DNA of 64,000 bases from Pseudomonadota bacterium (GTDB lineage: Bacteria; Desulfobacterota; Desulfobacteria; Desulfobacterales; RPRI01). The position numbers and the translations under genes are program-made. How positions within the stretch are numbered: the first letter of the stretch is position 1; every line of letters starts with the position of its first letter. The stretch lies in NCBI GenBank assembly GCA_043825875.1, contig JBDRRF010000103.1:48150-112149 (forward strand), read 5' to 3'. Below, in pieces: positions 37,842-46,915 of this stretch. The notes below the pieces were generated by a model. That model made no database searches. It was not told the DNA's origin and was given only the letters and a program-made list of their open reading frames with translations.

Positions 37842-37858
37842 TGGAAAATACTATAAAT

Positions 37859-38149
37859 TTATTTATGCATTTCAACACTTATAATATCTTTATTACGATC
37901 AAAAATTTTCTGACCGATACCGGGCACTTTCATTAGATCTTCCGGTTTGACAAATGGACCGTTTTTTTCTCTGTAATCAACTATTTTTTGGGCAACTTTA
38001 GCGCCGACTTTCTTGAGCTTTACAAGCTCCTTCACGGTTGCCGTATTAATGTTGATCTTGGCTTCATCTTTTGCAAAGGCAGTAGCCCCTGAAGCTAAAA
38101 CAAACGCAACCACAACACACAAACCAATAAATCGCTTTAATTTTCGCAT
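37859..38149 (-). CDS. ComEA-like helix-hairpin-helix DNA-binding protein
   Basis: ORF track starts at 38197. The probable start is ATG at 38149 (MRKLKRFIGLCVVVAF signal/TM), preceded by AGGAG. HhH motifs are INTATVKELVKLKKVG and LMKVPGIGQKIFD. Confidence 0.8.
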   Translation of the reverse strand: MRKLKRFIGLCVVVAFVLASGATAFAKDEAKININTATVKELVKLKKVGAKVAQKIVDYREKNGPFVKPEDLMKVPGIGQKIFDRNKDIISVEMHK

Positions 38150-38419
38150 TTCAAATCTCCTTTGTTTGTTTGTTCTCGGTAATAACCAAATACCCACAAT
38201 AGCAGATATATCAGACCTGCTAGCTTAAAGGCGTATACCCACAAGATCAGGGTAGACACATTTGGATTTTACTAAAATATAGTTTAATTAAACTATTATA
38301 ATTTTTTATAACATACGGCACCCCACAGATAGCATACAGATTAGCATGCAAAAAGAGTTCTTGATTTTTATAAGAATAATTGACAGTATATTGACTATAT
38401 TAGATTAATTATACTTGTA

Positions 38420-39415
38420 TTGATATTGGAAAAAAATATAATGATAATAGATGAAGCCATTGAAGTCTTAAAAATTGAAGCACAAGGAATTTTAAATTTA
38501 ATAGACCGTATAGATAACAATTTTGCCAAAATGGTGGAGCTGATTTATAAATCAAAAGGCCGGGTAATAGTCAGCGGAATAGGGAAGTCGGGAATCATCG
38601 GGAGAAAAATAGTTGCAACCTTAAATAGTACTGGTACACGATCTTTTTTTCTGCATCCTGTTGAAGCAATGCACGGAGACCTTGGCCTTGTTTGCAAAGA
38701 TGATATTTTTCTTGCGCTTTCAAACAGCGGTGAAACAGACGAGTTGAACGTACTGATTCCAACTATCCGGAAAATGAAATGTATGGTAATAGCATTTACC
38801 GGAAAAACAAATTCCACACTGGCAAAATACAGCGATATTGTCATTGACATCGGAGTCGAGAAAGAAGCATGCCCTTTGGGGTTGGCACCTACTGCCAGTA
38901 CTACTGCCCTGCTTGCTATGGGCGATGCTCTTGCTGTTACTCTTATTAAAAAGAAGAAATTTAAATCAAGCGATTTTAAAAAGGTTCATCCCGGTGGGGT
39001 GCTTGGCCAGCAACTTTCCAGCATGGTTAAAGATATAATGCTTACAGGGGAATCATTACCGGTAGTATTTAAAGGGGCAGGCATCACAGAGGCCATACAG
39101 AAAGCCGATTCAGGCGGCCTGGGCGCAACCCTTGTTCTGGAAAAAGACGGTACGCTTGCCGGTATAATAACCGATGGAGATATAAGGCGTATGATAGCCA
39201 AAAATCAAAATGCCCAAGAACTTAAAGCCGAAGATATTATGACCCAAAATCCCAGAACCGCAAAACCCGATTCTCCGGCTTATGACGCATTATATCTTAT
39301 GGAAAAATTTCTTATCACAGTACTTCCCATAACGGATTCTGACAACAAAATTCTTGGGGTATTGCATCTTCATGACATACTAGGCAAAGGCAGTTTCAGA
39401 TTTAACGGGAATTAA
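38420..39415 (+). CDS. KpsF/GutQ-family arabinose-5-phosphate isomerase (SIS + 2 CBS)
   Basis: 331-aa ORF with VSGIGKSGIIGRKIVATLNSTG, SNSGET and a C-terminal CBS pair. Confidence 0.9.
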   Translation: MILEKNIMIIDEAIEVLKIEAQGILNLIDRIDNNFAKMVELIYKSKGRVIVSGIGKSGIIGRKIVATLNSTGTRSFFLHPVEAMHGDLGLVCKDDIFLALSNSGETDELNVLIPTIRKMKCMVIAFTGKTNSTLAKYSDIVIDIGVEKEACPLGLAPTASTTALLAMGDALAVTLIKKKKFKSSDFKKVHPGGVLGQQLSSMVKDIMLTGESLPVVFKGAGITEAIQKADSGGLGATLVLEKDGTLAGIITDGDIRRMIAKNQNAQELKAEDIMTQNPRTAKPDSPAYDALYLMEKFLITVLPITDSDNKILGVLHLHDILGKGSFRFNGN

Positions 39416-39429
39416 AAAAAATGAATCAG

Positions 39430-39594
39430 GAGCCACTTTCAAAACGTTTCAGTTTGGTCAAGCTCAAGGCGGGAGAAAATTTCAACCGCAGGAATACATT
39501 AAGTATTTCGAGGATAGCGCTAAAGCTTCACTTCGTGCGAAATTTGAGCCCAACGCTTAAGATCGGCTAAAATGGGGCGTTTTGAAACTGGCTC
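39430..39594 (+). repeat. Hairpin-forming intergenic repeat, copy B (165 nt)
   Basis: Same termini as copy A, with an extra ~25-nt internal segment (AGCGCTAAAGCTTCACTTCGTGCGA). It lies 14 nt after the kpsF-like stop and 25 nt before the pfk ATG. Confidence 0.9.
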
Positions 39595-39619
39595 CCGGTT
39601 TTGATGGAATTAAGCAACT

Positions 39620-40951
39620 ATGGATAATAACAGCTATTATGAAATTGACACAACAATTCCTGTACTGGGAGAAGCAAAGATACCGGCGCCTGTTCATTAT
39701 AATGAAAATGGGGATGTTAAGCAGACTTTCATTTCGGATAAGGACAAAGTACTAATAGATGTAAATCCTTATAGAATTACCAAAATGGTAAAAGAAGGTA
39801 AAAAACTTCCTTCATTTGAAATGGCTGGCCCTAGAGAAATGATCTATTTTGATCCCAGTAAGCTAAGATGTGCACTTGTAACATGCGGCGGGCTTTGTCC
39901 GGGATTAAATGATATTATTCGCTCAATAGTCTTAGAGCTTTACCACAGATACGGAGTGCGTAATATCTATGGTATCAGATATGGCCTCCAGGGCTTTATC
40001 CCTAAGTACGGTCATGATATTATGGAGCTTAAGCCAGATAATATTTTGCATATACTTGAAATAGGCGGATCTATTCTTGGCTCATCCAGAGGGCCGCAGT
40101 CAATTGATGAAATTGTGGACAGTCTCGAAAGAATGGGAATCGGCGCTCTTTTCATGATTGGAGGTGATGGAACTCTTAGGGCAGCGATAAAGATTGCAGA
40201 TGAAATCTTTAAAAGAGGTCTTAAAATAAGTGTCGTTGGTATTCCAAAGACTATTGATAACGATATTTATATGGTTTCCCGGTCATTCGGATTTGATACT
40301 GCCGTTGATGTAGCAACTCTTGCGATAAAAAGCGCGCATAACGAATCGAGCAGTTTTTTAAACGGCATAGGGCTTATTAAACTCATGGGAAGATATTCAG
40401 GTTTCATAGCTGCAACTTCGGTTCTTGCCCAGCAGGATGTAAACTTTGTTCTTATTCCCGAAATAGATTTTGATATCGATGGCCCAAAAGGACTTTTATC
40501 ATCTTTAGAAAAGCGGCTGATAGAAAGAAAACATGCAGTAATAATTGTTGCAGAAGGAGCCGGGCAAAGATTTGTTAAAAGTGAAGATAAAGAAGTTGAC
40601 GCATCAGGCAATATAAAGTTAAACGATTTCACTTCGTTTTTAAAAGATGCCATACTGGACTATTTCAAATCCAAGAAAATTGAAATATCATTGAAACATA
40701 TAGATCCAAGCTACATTATCAGAAGCCTTCCTGCAAACGCCAATGACCATGTTTTTTGCAGTTTTCTCGGAAGAGACGCTGTGCATGCTGCAATGGCAGG
40801 TAAAACCAAGCTTCTTGTCGGAAGCTGGAGCAATAATTTTGTTCATATCCCTATGATTGAGTCAGCAAAAAAGAGAAAACAGGTAAATCCGCACGGAAAG
40901 CTGTGGCAAAGCGTACTTGAAGCAACAGGGCAGGGACCTTTGAAAAACTAG
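39620..40951 (+). CDS. 6-phosphofructokinase, PfkA superfamily (ATP- or PPi-dependent long type)
   Basis: 443-aa ORF with TCGGLCPGLNDIIR, IGGDGTLR, PKTIDNDI and MGRYSG. Confidence 0.85.
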   Translation: MDNNSYYEIDTTIPVLGEAKIPAPVHYNENGDVKQTFISDKDKVLIDVNPYRITKMVKEGKKLPSFEMAGPREMIYFDPSKLRCALVTCGGLCPGLNDIIRSIVLELYHRYGVRNIYGIRYGLQGFIPKYGHDIMELKPDNILHILEIGGSILGSSRGPQSIDEIVDSLERMGIGALFMIGGDGTLRAAIKIADEIFKRGLKISVVGIPKTIDNDIYMVSRSFGFDTAVDVATLAIKSAHNESSSFLNGIGLIKLMGRYSGFIAATSVLAQQDVNFVLIPEIDFDIDGPKGLLSSLEKRLIERKHAVIIVAEGAGQRFVKSEDKEVDASGNIKLNDFTSFLKDAILDYFKSKKIEISLKHIDPSYIIRSLPANANDHVFCSFLGRDAVHAAMAGKTKLLVGSWSNNFVHIPMIESAKKRKQVNPHGKLWQSVLEATGQGPLKN

Positions 40952-40970
40952 CAGACAGGAGCGCCTGGGT

Positions 40971-42929
40971 TTAATCTTTGCCAAGCTCAATAAATCTTTT
41001 CCATTTTACAGTAAGAAGGCATAATTCTTTTTGTGCATCCTGATTACCATCAAAAGAAGTAAGACCGGTAAGTCCATTATAATTTTTTATTTTAATAAGT
41101 TCATTTCTTACTGATTCAGGAAAACGGAGGCCGGATTTGCTTATTGTCTGAAACAGCATCATAGCAGTATCATAAGAAACAGCTTCAACAAAACCGGGAT
41201 CTTCACCAAAATATGTTATAAAATCATTAACAAATTCTCGTATATCAACAGAATCTTTTTCGCTAAAAAAACCATCCGGTATTATTGCTTTATCTTGCAT
41301 AAACTCACCGGCCATATTTATCATTTTTTGTGAGTTCCAGAGATTCGTACCCAGCAGATACACCTTATTTATATCTTCAAATATTAACTGTGGAATAATA
41401 AGACCGGCTTTTGTTGGTGAATCAGGAATAAAAATCGCATCAAAATCAAGCAGCAATTTGTCTTGTTCTTTGTTTTGATTGTCAATATTTTCATCCGATT
41501 CTTCATCTGAAGATGATGAATCGGATGGCTTCCATTTTTCAATATTTTCGTGAGAAAAAGCCTGTCTTCCAATAATTTTTTTAATTGTATCAGTAAAATC
41601 TGTATGGTCTGGGTTATATGATTCAGCACTTACGATTGTACCGCCATTTGCCAAAACTTCATCATAAAACAGGCTCGTATATTTTATGCCATAATTTTCC
41701 AATGGATACAAAATTGCAAATCTTCTTATTCCTCTATTTTCCATTGCATATTTCACAATGGAGGCTACCTGCATTTCCGGCATTAAAAAGTTCCTGAAAA
41801 CAAAATCTCCAGTATCTGTAATATCCTCTTTCTGGGTTAATAATACTATCGGAATTTTAGCTGCCTGAGCTTCTTTAGCCGCGATAACGGATTCATCTGA
41901 TCCCATAGGCCCGATAATTACAGAAACATCTTCCAGCACAAGATCATTCACAGCTTTTGCCGCACTTTCAGGATTTGATTCGGTATCTTTTACCACAAGG
42001 TTTACCAAAACCAGCCCTCTTTCATCAGAAAATTTGCTTAAAGCAAGCTTGACTCCTTTTAATGCTTTATTCCCGAAAACATTAAGTGTTCCTGTTAGAG
42101 GAAGCAAACAACCTACTGTAAATGGTTTGCCAGCTGAAGTTTCATATATTTTCTGCAATACATTCTCTGCTTCTTTAACATTTTCATGATCAGGCATTTT
42201 TTGTATAAAATCGGTAAAAATGCTTGCCGCCTCTTTATATTGCTGATTTTCATAGTAGCGCAGCCCGATCTGATACTTAAGGTATCCTTTTAAATTATCG
42301 TCTTTTATGCTTTCTATGAGAAAATTTATGTCATTTTCTTCAAGTTGTGATACGGCATTTTTTAGTTTTGTATTAATAATATCATTTTCATATTCTGTGC
42401 TTTTTAAGCGGGCATTGAAATAAGAAACCACGGCATCTGAAGGATTACTCAAAGCAAGCTGGGCATCTCCAACTAAAACATATGTTTTGGAAACATCTTT
42501 TTCTGAAAGCTTGTCTGAAAAAATACTTGCGGAGTATTTTATTACATCTTCAAACATTTTTTGCTTAAAATATCCTTCAAGAACTTTTATTTTTACATCA
42601 GGAATATAATTACTTTCCGGATAGTCATTGATAAGACTCAAGTAGCTGATACGCGACTTATTGTGTTCACCAAGTTTATCATAGATATCGCCTATCCGAA
42701 ACAACGCTGCAGGAATGAGGTGAGTTCCGGGATACTGTGTAAGATATTCATTATAAGCTTCAAGGGCTTTGCTATATTTTTGTGTGGAAAAGAAATTTTC
42801 AGCTCTTGAAAACAAAACTATTCTTTCTGCATCATCATCTGTAGCTGTAACATTAACAATTTCTGCTTTGGGCATACAGGCGAGTAAAACAAATAATACC
42901 GGAACAAATAATAATCTGAAATGTCTCAT
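40971..42929 (-). CDS. Lipoprotein with N-terminal TPR-like repeats and C-terminal type-1 periplasmic-binding fold (LpoA-like)
   Basis: 652-aa ORF with lipobox LLAC near the N-terminus and TPR-like YxxA repeats. GCLLPLTG / IIGPMGS segments resemble Leu/Ile/Val-binding folds. An acidic Ser/Asp/Glu insertion (SDSSSSDEESDENIDN) is present. Confidence 0.6.
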   Translation of the reverse strand: MRHFRLLFVPVLFVLLACMPKAEIVNVTATDDDAERIVLFSRAENFFSTQKYSKALEAYNEYLTQYPGTHLIPAALFRIGDIYDKLGEHNKSRISYLSLINDYPESNYIPDVKIKVLEGYFKQKMFEDVIKYSASIFSDKLSEKDVSKTYVLVGDAQLALSNPSDAVVSYFNARLKSTEYENDIINTKLKNAVSQLEENDINFLIESIKDDNLKGYLKYQIGLRYYENQQYKEAASIFTDFIQKMPDHENVKEAENVLQKIYETSAGKPFTVGCLLPLTGTLNVFGNKALKGVKLALSKFSDERGLVLVNLVVKDTESNPESAAKAVNDLVLEDVSVIIGPMGSDESVIAAKEAQAAKIPIVLLTQKEDITDTGDFVFRNFLMPEMQVASIVKYAMENRGIRRFAILYPLENYGIKYTSLFYDEVLANGGTIVSAESYNPDHTDFTDTIKKIIGRQAFSHENIEKWKPSDSSSSDEESDENIDNQNKEQDKLLLDFDAIFIPDSPTKAGLIIPQLIFEDINKVYLLGTNLWNSQKMINMAGEFMQDKAIIPDGFFSEKDSVDIREFVNDFITYFGEDPGFVEAVSYDTAMMLFQTISKSGLRFPESVRNELIKIKNYNGLTGLTSFDGNQDAQKELCLLTVKWKRFIELGKD

Positions 42930-43223
42930 TTTTTCATCACTCTTTTTATATTATATTTATAAAAAGGTTACATAACTTTTAATGGTTGTCAATTAAATCT
43001 TGATATTGTTTGAAGAAAATACGATGTCTCTGTAAATGATTCGCCCGATAAGAAATAAAAGTAATTATTGCGGCAGCAAATCTATCAAAAACATACCATA
43101 TAAACACATAATTACAAAAAATCCTTGAACTTAAAGTATTTTAGGTTTAGCATAAAACCTTAAAAGAATTAAGGTAGTCTTTAATCCGCTTTATCTGGAG
43201 AAATATTAGAGGGAGAATTGTAT

Positions 43224-43892
43224 ATGAAAAAAATAAAATTCTTGTTATTTCTTATGGTATTGATATTTGCAATTCCTGCATCGGCCGAATTTTTCCGCTA
43301 TGTTGATAAGGATGGTATGGTCAAATATACCGACGATTACAGCAAAATTCCAAAAAATCAGAGATCTTCTAGCAGCGAATATACAGGTTATGAAAACGGT
43401 TATACTGGCGAAGCAACAGAATCTGACATAGAAACCGAATATGATGCTGAAGCCGACACAGAAACAGACACCGAAATTGGAACCGAAACAGATACTGATA
43501 CTGACACTGAAATTGATACCGAGTACCCACCTGAAATAACGCAGGAAACGGAAGCAGACAAAGAAACTGCTCCAATAAATAATACGGAAGATTTGGATGC
43601 AACAAAAAAACGCCTGGATCAAAAACAACAGGAAATCGATAAAGAGCTTGATGACCTGAAAAAAGAAAAAAGCGCCCTTGATGACCTGAAAAAAGATGCA
43701 AAAACAAAAGCGCAGGTCAATGAATACAATTCAAAAATTCAGGCTTTGAATGAAAAAATAAAAATTTCCCAGGAAAAGCTAAAGGTATTTGAAGCTGAAG
43801 TTGAGATATATAACATTGATCTGGAAAACAGTATGAAGAATTCATTGAAACAATATAAGAAAGAAAAACAAGAGAAACAAAAAGCTAAATAG
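43224..43892 (+). CDS. Secreted DUF4124-like protein with acidic T-[ED] repeat and C-terminal coiled coil
   Basis: ATG at 43224 follows GAGGGAG (the ORF track starts at TTG 43218). It has a signal peptide, FRYVDKDGMVKYTDD, then TETDTEIGTETDTDTDTEIDTE and Lys/Glu-rich heptads. Confidence 0.6.
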   Translation: MKKIKFLLFLMVLIFAIPASAEFFRYVDKDGMVKYTDDYSKIPKNQRSSSSEYTGYENGYTGEATESDIETEYDAEADTETDTEIGTETDTDTDTEIDTEYPPEITQETEADKETAPINNTEDLDATKKRLDQKQQEIDKELDDLKKEKSALDDLKKDAKTKAQVNEYNSKIQALNEKIKISQEKLKVFEAEVEIYNIDLENSMKNSLKQYKKEKQEKQKAK

Positions 43893-43938
43893 CAAAAAAT
43901 ATAACTCAGCACTATGAATAAATTATAGGAGGATTACT

Positions 43939-45231
43939 ATGCCAGATATGACAGGCGATATTTCTGATTTCGATAAGGCGGTAGAAATAGGCCGGCCACC
44001 AAACATCAAAAAACTCTTTCCAAACTCAAAGGCACTTATAGTCAGCGGGAAATTTATCGACAGAGCCATGACAGCCAAAGGCAAGGCAATTTCGATGGCT
44101 GCAAACGGCAGAAGCAATATAGTAATCCGTGGCGCATTGATGGCTGCCCAAAGAGCTAATTCCGCTATAATTATTGAAATCGCAAAATCCGAAGGTGGTG
44201 CAAGCGCATATTGTGCTGTCAATTACTGGAATATAGCAAGGCAGGTAGATGCTCTTTGCAATGAGCTGTCAATTACTATACCTGTTGCAATTCATGCGGA
44301 TCACTACGGAATAAAAAACGAAAAGGACATTGCTGCGGCAAAAATCGAGATACCTACTCTTTTTGAAGCTGGCATGACTTCAATTGCAATAGATGCGTCA
44401 CATATGCCGGATGATAAAAATCTTTTGGCAAATATAGAACTGAATCCCTTTATTCCTAAATGGGCAGGCCTTGAAACCGAAGTCGGAGAAATAAAGGGCA
44501 AATCCGGGCTTTCAACAGTTGATGAGGCTTTATTTCTTATACAGGGTCTTAATGCACATGATATTTTTCCGGATTGGATTGCTTTAAATAACGGGACAAC
44601 GCATGGTATAGAAGCAAGCGATCAGGGAATTCAGGTGGATCTGACAGTAAGTATACACGACTCTTTGGCCAAATATAAAATTTCCGGTGCACAGCACGGA
44701 ACATCAGGAAACAGCTCCGACAGATTAAGAGAAATAGCATCAAAAACACGCACAACAAAGGCTAATGTTGCTACAGCGCTTCAGATGGTTTCATGGGGTC
44801 TTGAAGTAAATGATTACGGGAATGCAATACTTGACAGTAATGGAAACTTCATAAAAGTAAAAGGGGAAGGTGTTACTGAAGATTTATGGAAACAGATGGT
44901 GGAGTATGCGAATTCAAAAGAAATAAAAGGTGGAAACTATAAAAAACTTAACATAGTTTTTGAAAACAAAATACTGAGTCAGCCCGAAAATATCAGAAAC
45001 AGAATGGCAAAAAGAGTGGAAGAATTTGTATACAAAATTCTTGTGAATGTTTTCAATGGCAAGGATTCCGCTCCTTTAACCATACAAAATATCATAGAAG
45101 CCGGAACATATGATCCGGGAGCAAAAACAAAAAGAATTGAAGATCCGTCACAGTGGACACCTGAAAAAATATCCGAAAAAGCTGCCTTGATAACATCGGA
45201 CAAAGGAGCAGAAGGGACTTTCGACGATTAA
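43939..45231 (+). CDS. Class II fructose-bisphosphate aldolase (long form)
   Basis: 430-aa ORF with AGGAGG RBS, plus AIHADHYG, IDASH and GAQHGTSG motifs. Confidence 0.85.
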   Translation: MPDMTGDISDFDKAVEIGRPPNIKKLFPNSKALIVSGKFIDRAMTAKGKAISMAANGRSNIVIRGALMAAQRANSAIIIEIAKSEGGASAYCAVNYWNIARQVDALCNELSITIPVAIHADHYGIKNEKDIAAAKIEIPTLFEAGMTSIAIDASHMPDDKNLLANIELNPFIPKWAGLETEVGEIKGKSGLSTVDEALFLIQGLNAHDIFPDWIALNNGTTHGIEASDQGIQVDLTVSIHDSLAKYKISGAQHGTSGNSSDRLREIASKTRTTKANVATALQMVSWGLEVNDYGNAILDSNGNFIKVKGEGVTEDLWKQMVEYANSKEIKGGNYKKLNIVFENKILSQPENIRNRMAKRVEEFVYKILVNVFNGKDSAPLTIQNIIEAGTYDPGAKTKRIEDPSQWTPEKISEKAALITSDKGAEGTFDD

Positions 45232-45734
45232 TGCGGGAAAAAACGAATTGCTATTACTGTGGAGCGAAGCTCACTAAAAAATTGTTTGAAGACAGGCTAC
45301 GTCTTTTTTGTGAAGAATGCAATGAACCCATTTACGAAAATCCTGTTCCTGCAACATGCCTTGTGACGATTGATGAGAAGAAAAGAGTTCTTCTTGTTAA
45401 AAGAAATGTGGAACCAAAAGCAGGATTCTGGTGCCTGCCGGGTGGTTTTATTGAGCTTGGTGAAAATCCTGAAGAAGGTGCTTTGCGTGAACTTGAAGAA
45501 GAAACCGGCTTAAAAGGTAAAATCAAGATGCTTCTCGGTGTTAGTTCAAACCGGAACCAGCAGTATAATACAGTTCTTATTGTTGGATATCTTGTAAAAA
45601 ATTACAGCGGGATTCTTTGTACCGGCTATGATGCATCTGATGCCGCATGGTTTCATTACAAAGAGATCCCCGAAATTGCATTCCAGAGTCACTTAAATTT
45701 TATCAGAATGTATTATGCTGCATATGGAGACTGA
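45231..45734 (+). CDS. NUDIX hydrolase with N-terminal zinc ribbon
   Basis: 167-aa ORF with CYYCGA...CEECNE and the Nudix box GGFIELGENPEEGALRELEEETGL. The start overlaps the fba stop (TAATG). Confidence 0.85.
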   Translation: MREKTNCYYCGAKLTKKLFEDRLRLFCEECNEPIYENPVPATCLVTIDEKKRVLLVKRNVEPKAGFWCLPGGFIELGENPEEGALRELEEETGLKGKIKMLLGVSSNRNQQYNTVLIVGYLVKNYSGILCTGYDASDAAWFHYKEIPEIAFQSHLNFIRMYYAAYGD

Positions 45735-45861
45735 TATAGACTTACAGATAAAGCTTTTGGACTGCGTTATCAGTCGCCCCCCTTCGACAACGTACCATCT
45801 GTACGTCTTACTCAGGGGTGCTCCTTCTGGCCTTGCCAAAAACATTATCTGTAAGTCTATA
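45735..45861. repeat. 127-nt nested palindrome with perfect 17-bp terminal inverted repeats
   Basis: TATAGACTTACAGATAA ... TTATCTGTAAGTCTATA begins at the base after the NUDIX stop codon. Inner pairings are TTTTGG/CCAAAA, CCCC/GGGG and the apical hairpin ACGTAC-CATCT-GTACGT. Confidence 0.85.
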
Positions 45862-45910
45862 GTCGCATAAATTTATTAAAATAAACATAAAGAATAAAAA
45901 CTCCAGGACT

Positions 45911-45979
45911 CGTCATACCGGCGAAAGCCGGTATCCATAACCTGTTAAGTTATTCAATTCCAGATTAAGCCGGAATGAC
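45911..45979. repeat. Small palindromic element of the CGTCATTCCGGCGAAAGCCGGAATCC type plus half-copy
   Basis: CGTCATACCGGCGAAAGCCGGTATCC forms an 8-bp stem ATACCGGC/GCCGGTAT with a GAAA loop. Downstream GCCGGAATGAC is inverted relative to GTCATACCGGC. It resembles a widespread bacterial palindromic repeat, from memory. Confidence 0.5.
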
Positions 45980-46041
45980 AATAAAAATACTTTTCAACTT
46001 TATCAATAGAACAACAAAATATAATTAGGTTAAAATAGTCT

Positions 46042-46863
46042 ATGAAAATTATTGATTTCCATTTTCATCCATTAAGTGCGGTTGTTGATTTTCTGCCCCA
46101 GCCTATGGGGCTGTTGAAAAAAAGAAACCCTGCGTGGGTCAAAAGGTTTGCAAATATTCCCACGGCCCGTGATATATTATCTTTTCTTGATGAAGAAGAA
46201 ATAGATTACGCAGTAATGCTTGCGGAAAGAATTCCAACAGTAACAGGAATTATATCAAATGAATTTGTTGCCTCACTATGCAAAGGCGAGCCCAGACTGA
46301 TTCCTTTTTGCAGCATAAATCCTGCTTTAGATATTCATATGGATGTTATGCTGGAAAAACTTGTTAAAGACGGTTTTAAAGGATTAAAACTGTGGCCCAG
46401 CTATCAGCACTTCTACCCGAATCAGCAAAACATCTACCCACTTTATGCAGCTGCCCAGAAATTGGGTATTCCAATACTTTATCATATAGGAACTTCCGTA
46501 TTTGAGGGAACAAAGCTTAAATATTGTGACCCCATTTACCTTGATGAAGTAGCAGTAGATTTCCCAAAGCTCAATATTATTATGGCCCATGCCGGAAGGG
46601 GGTTTTGGTATGATAAGGCATTTACCCTGGCTTCTTTGCATAAAAACATATATCTTGAAATATCAGGCTTACCTCCGGCCAAACTTCTTGAATACTTTCC
46701 CCGGCTTGGAAAAATCGGCTCCAAAATAATTTTCGGATCGGATTATCCTGATGTAACATCCATAAAAAAGAATGTGGACTACATAAAGACTCTGCCCCTC
46801 GAACCTTCAGTTATTGAAGGAATACTAGGGTTGCACGCCAATAAATTGCTAAACGTGTTTTGA
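46042..46863 (+). CDS. Amidohydrolase-2 family metal-dependent TIM-barrel hydrolase
   Basis: 273-aa ORF with IDFHFHP, IMAHAGRG and FGSDYP motifs. Confidence 0.8.
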   Translation: MKIIDFHFHPLSAVVDFLPQPMGLLKKRNPAWVKRFANIPTARDILSFLDEEEIDYAVMLAERIPTVTGIISNEFVASLCKGEPRLIPFCSINPALDIHMDVMLEKLVKDGFKGLKLWPSYQHFYPNQQNIYPLYAAAQKLGIPILYHIGTSVFEGTKLKYCDPIYLDEVAVDFPKLNIIMAHAGRGFWYDKAFTLASLHKNIYLEISGLPPAKLLEYFPRLGKIGSKIIFGSDYPDVTSIKKNVDYIKTLPLEPSVIEGILGLHANKLLNVF

Positions 46864-46878
46864 CAATTTATTAAGCTT

Positions 46879-46891
46879 GAGCCACTTTCAA
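46879..46891 (+). repeat. Relic of the left terminus of the hairpin repeat
   Basis: GAGCCACTTTCAA (TGAGCCACTTTCAA with the preceding T) matches the first 13 nt of copies A-C. It lies between convergent gene ends. Confidence 0.5.
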
Positions 46892-46915
46892 TTTGTAATT
46901 GTTTGGTTATTCTTC

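Noticed and set aside
43430-43520. Short tandem DNA repeats that could be mistaken for a CRISPR-like or VNTR array.
   Set aside because: They are in-frame coding repeats for an acidic T-E/D tract within a well-formed ORF. There is no repeat-spacer architecture.
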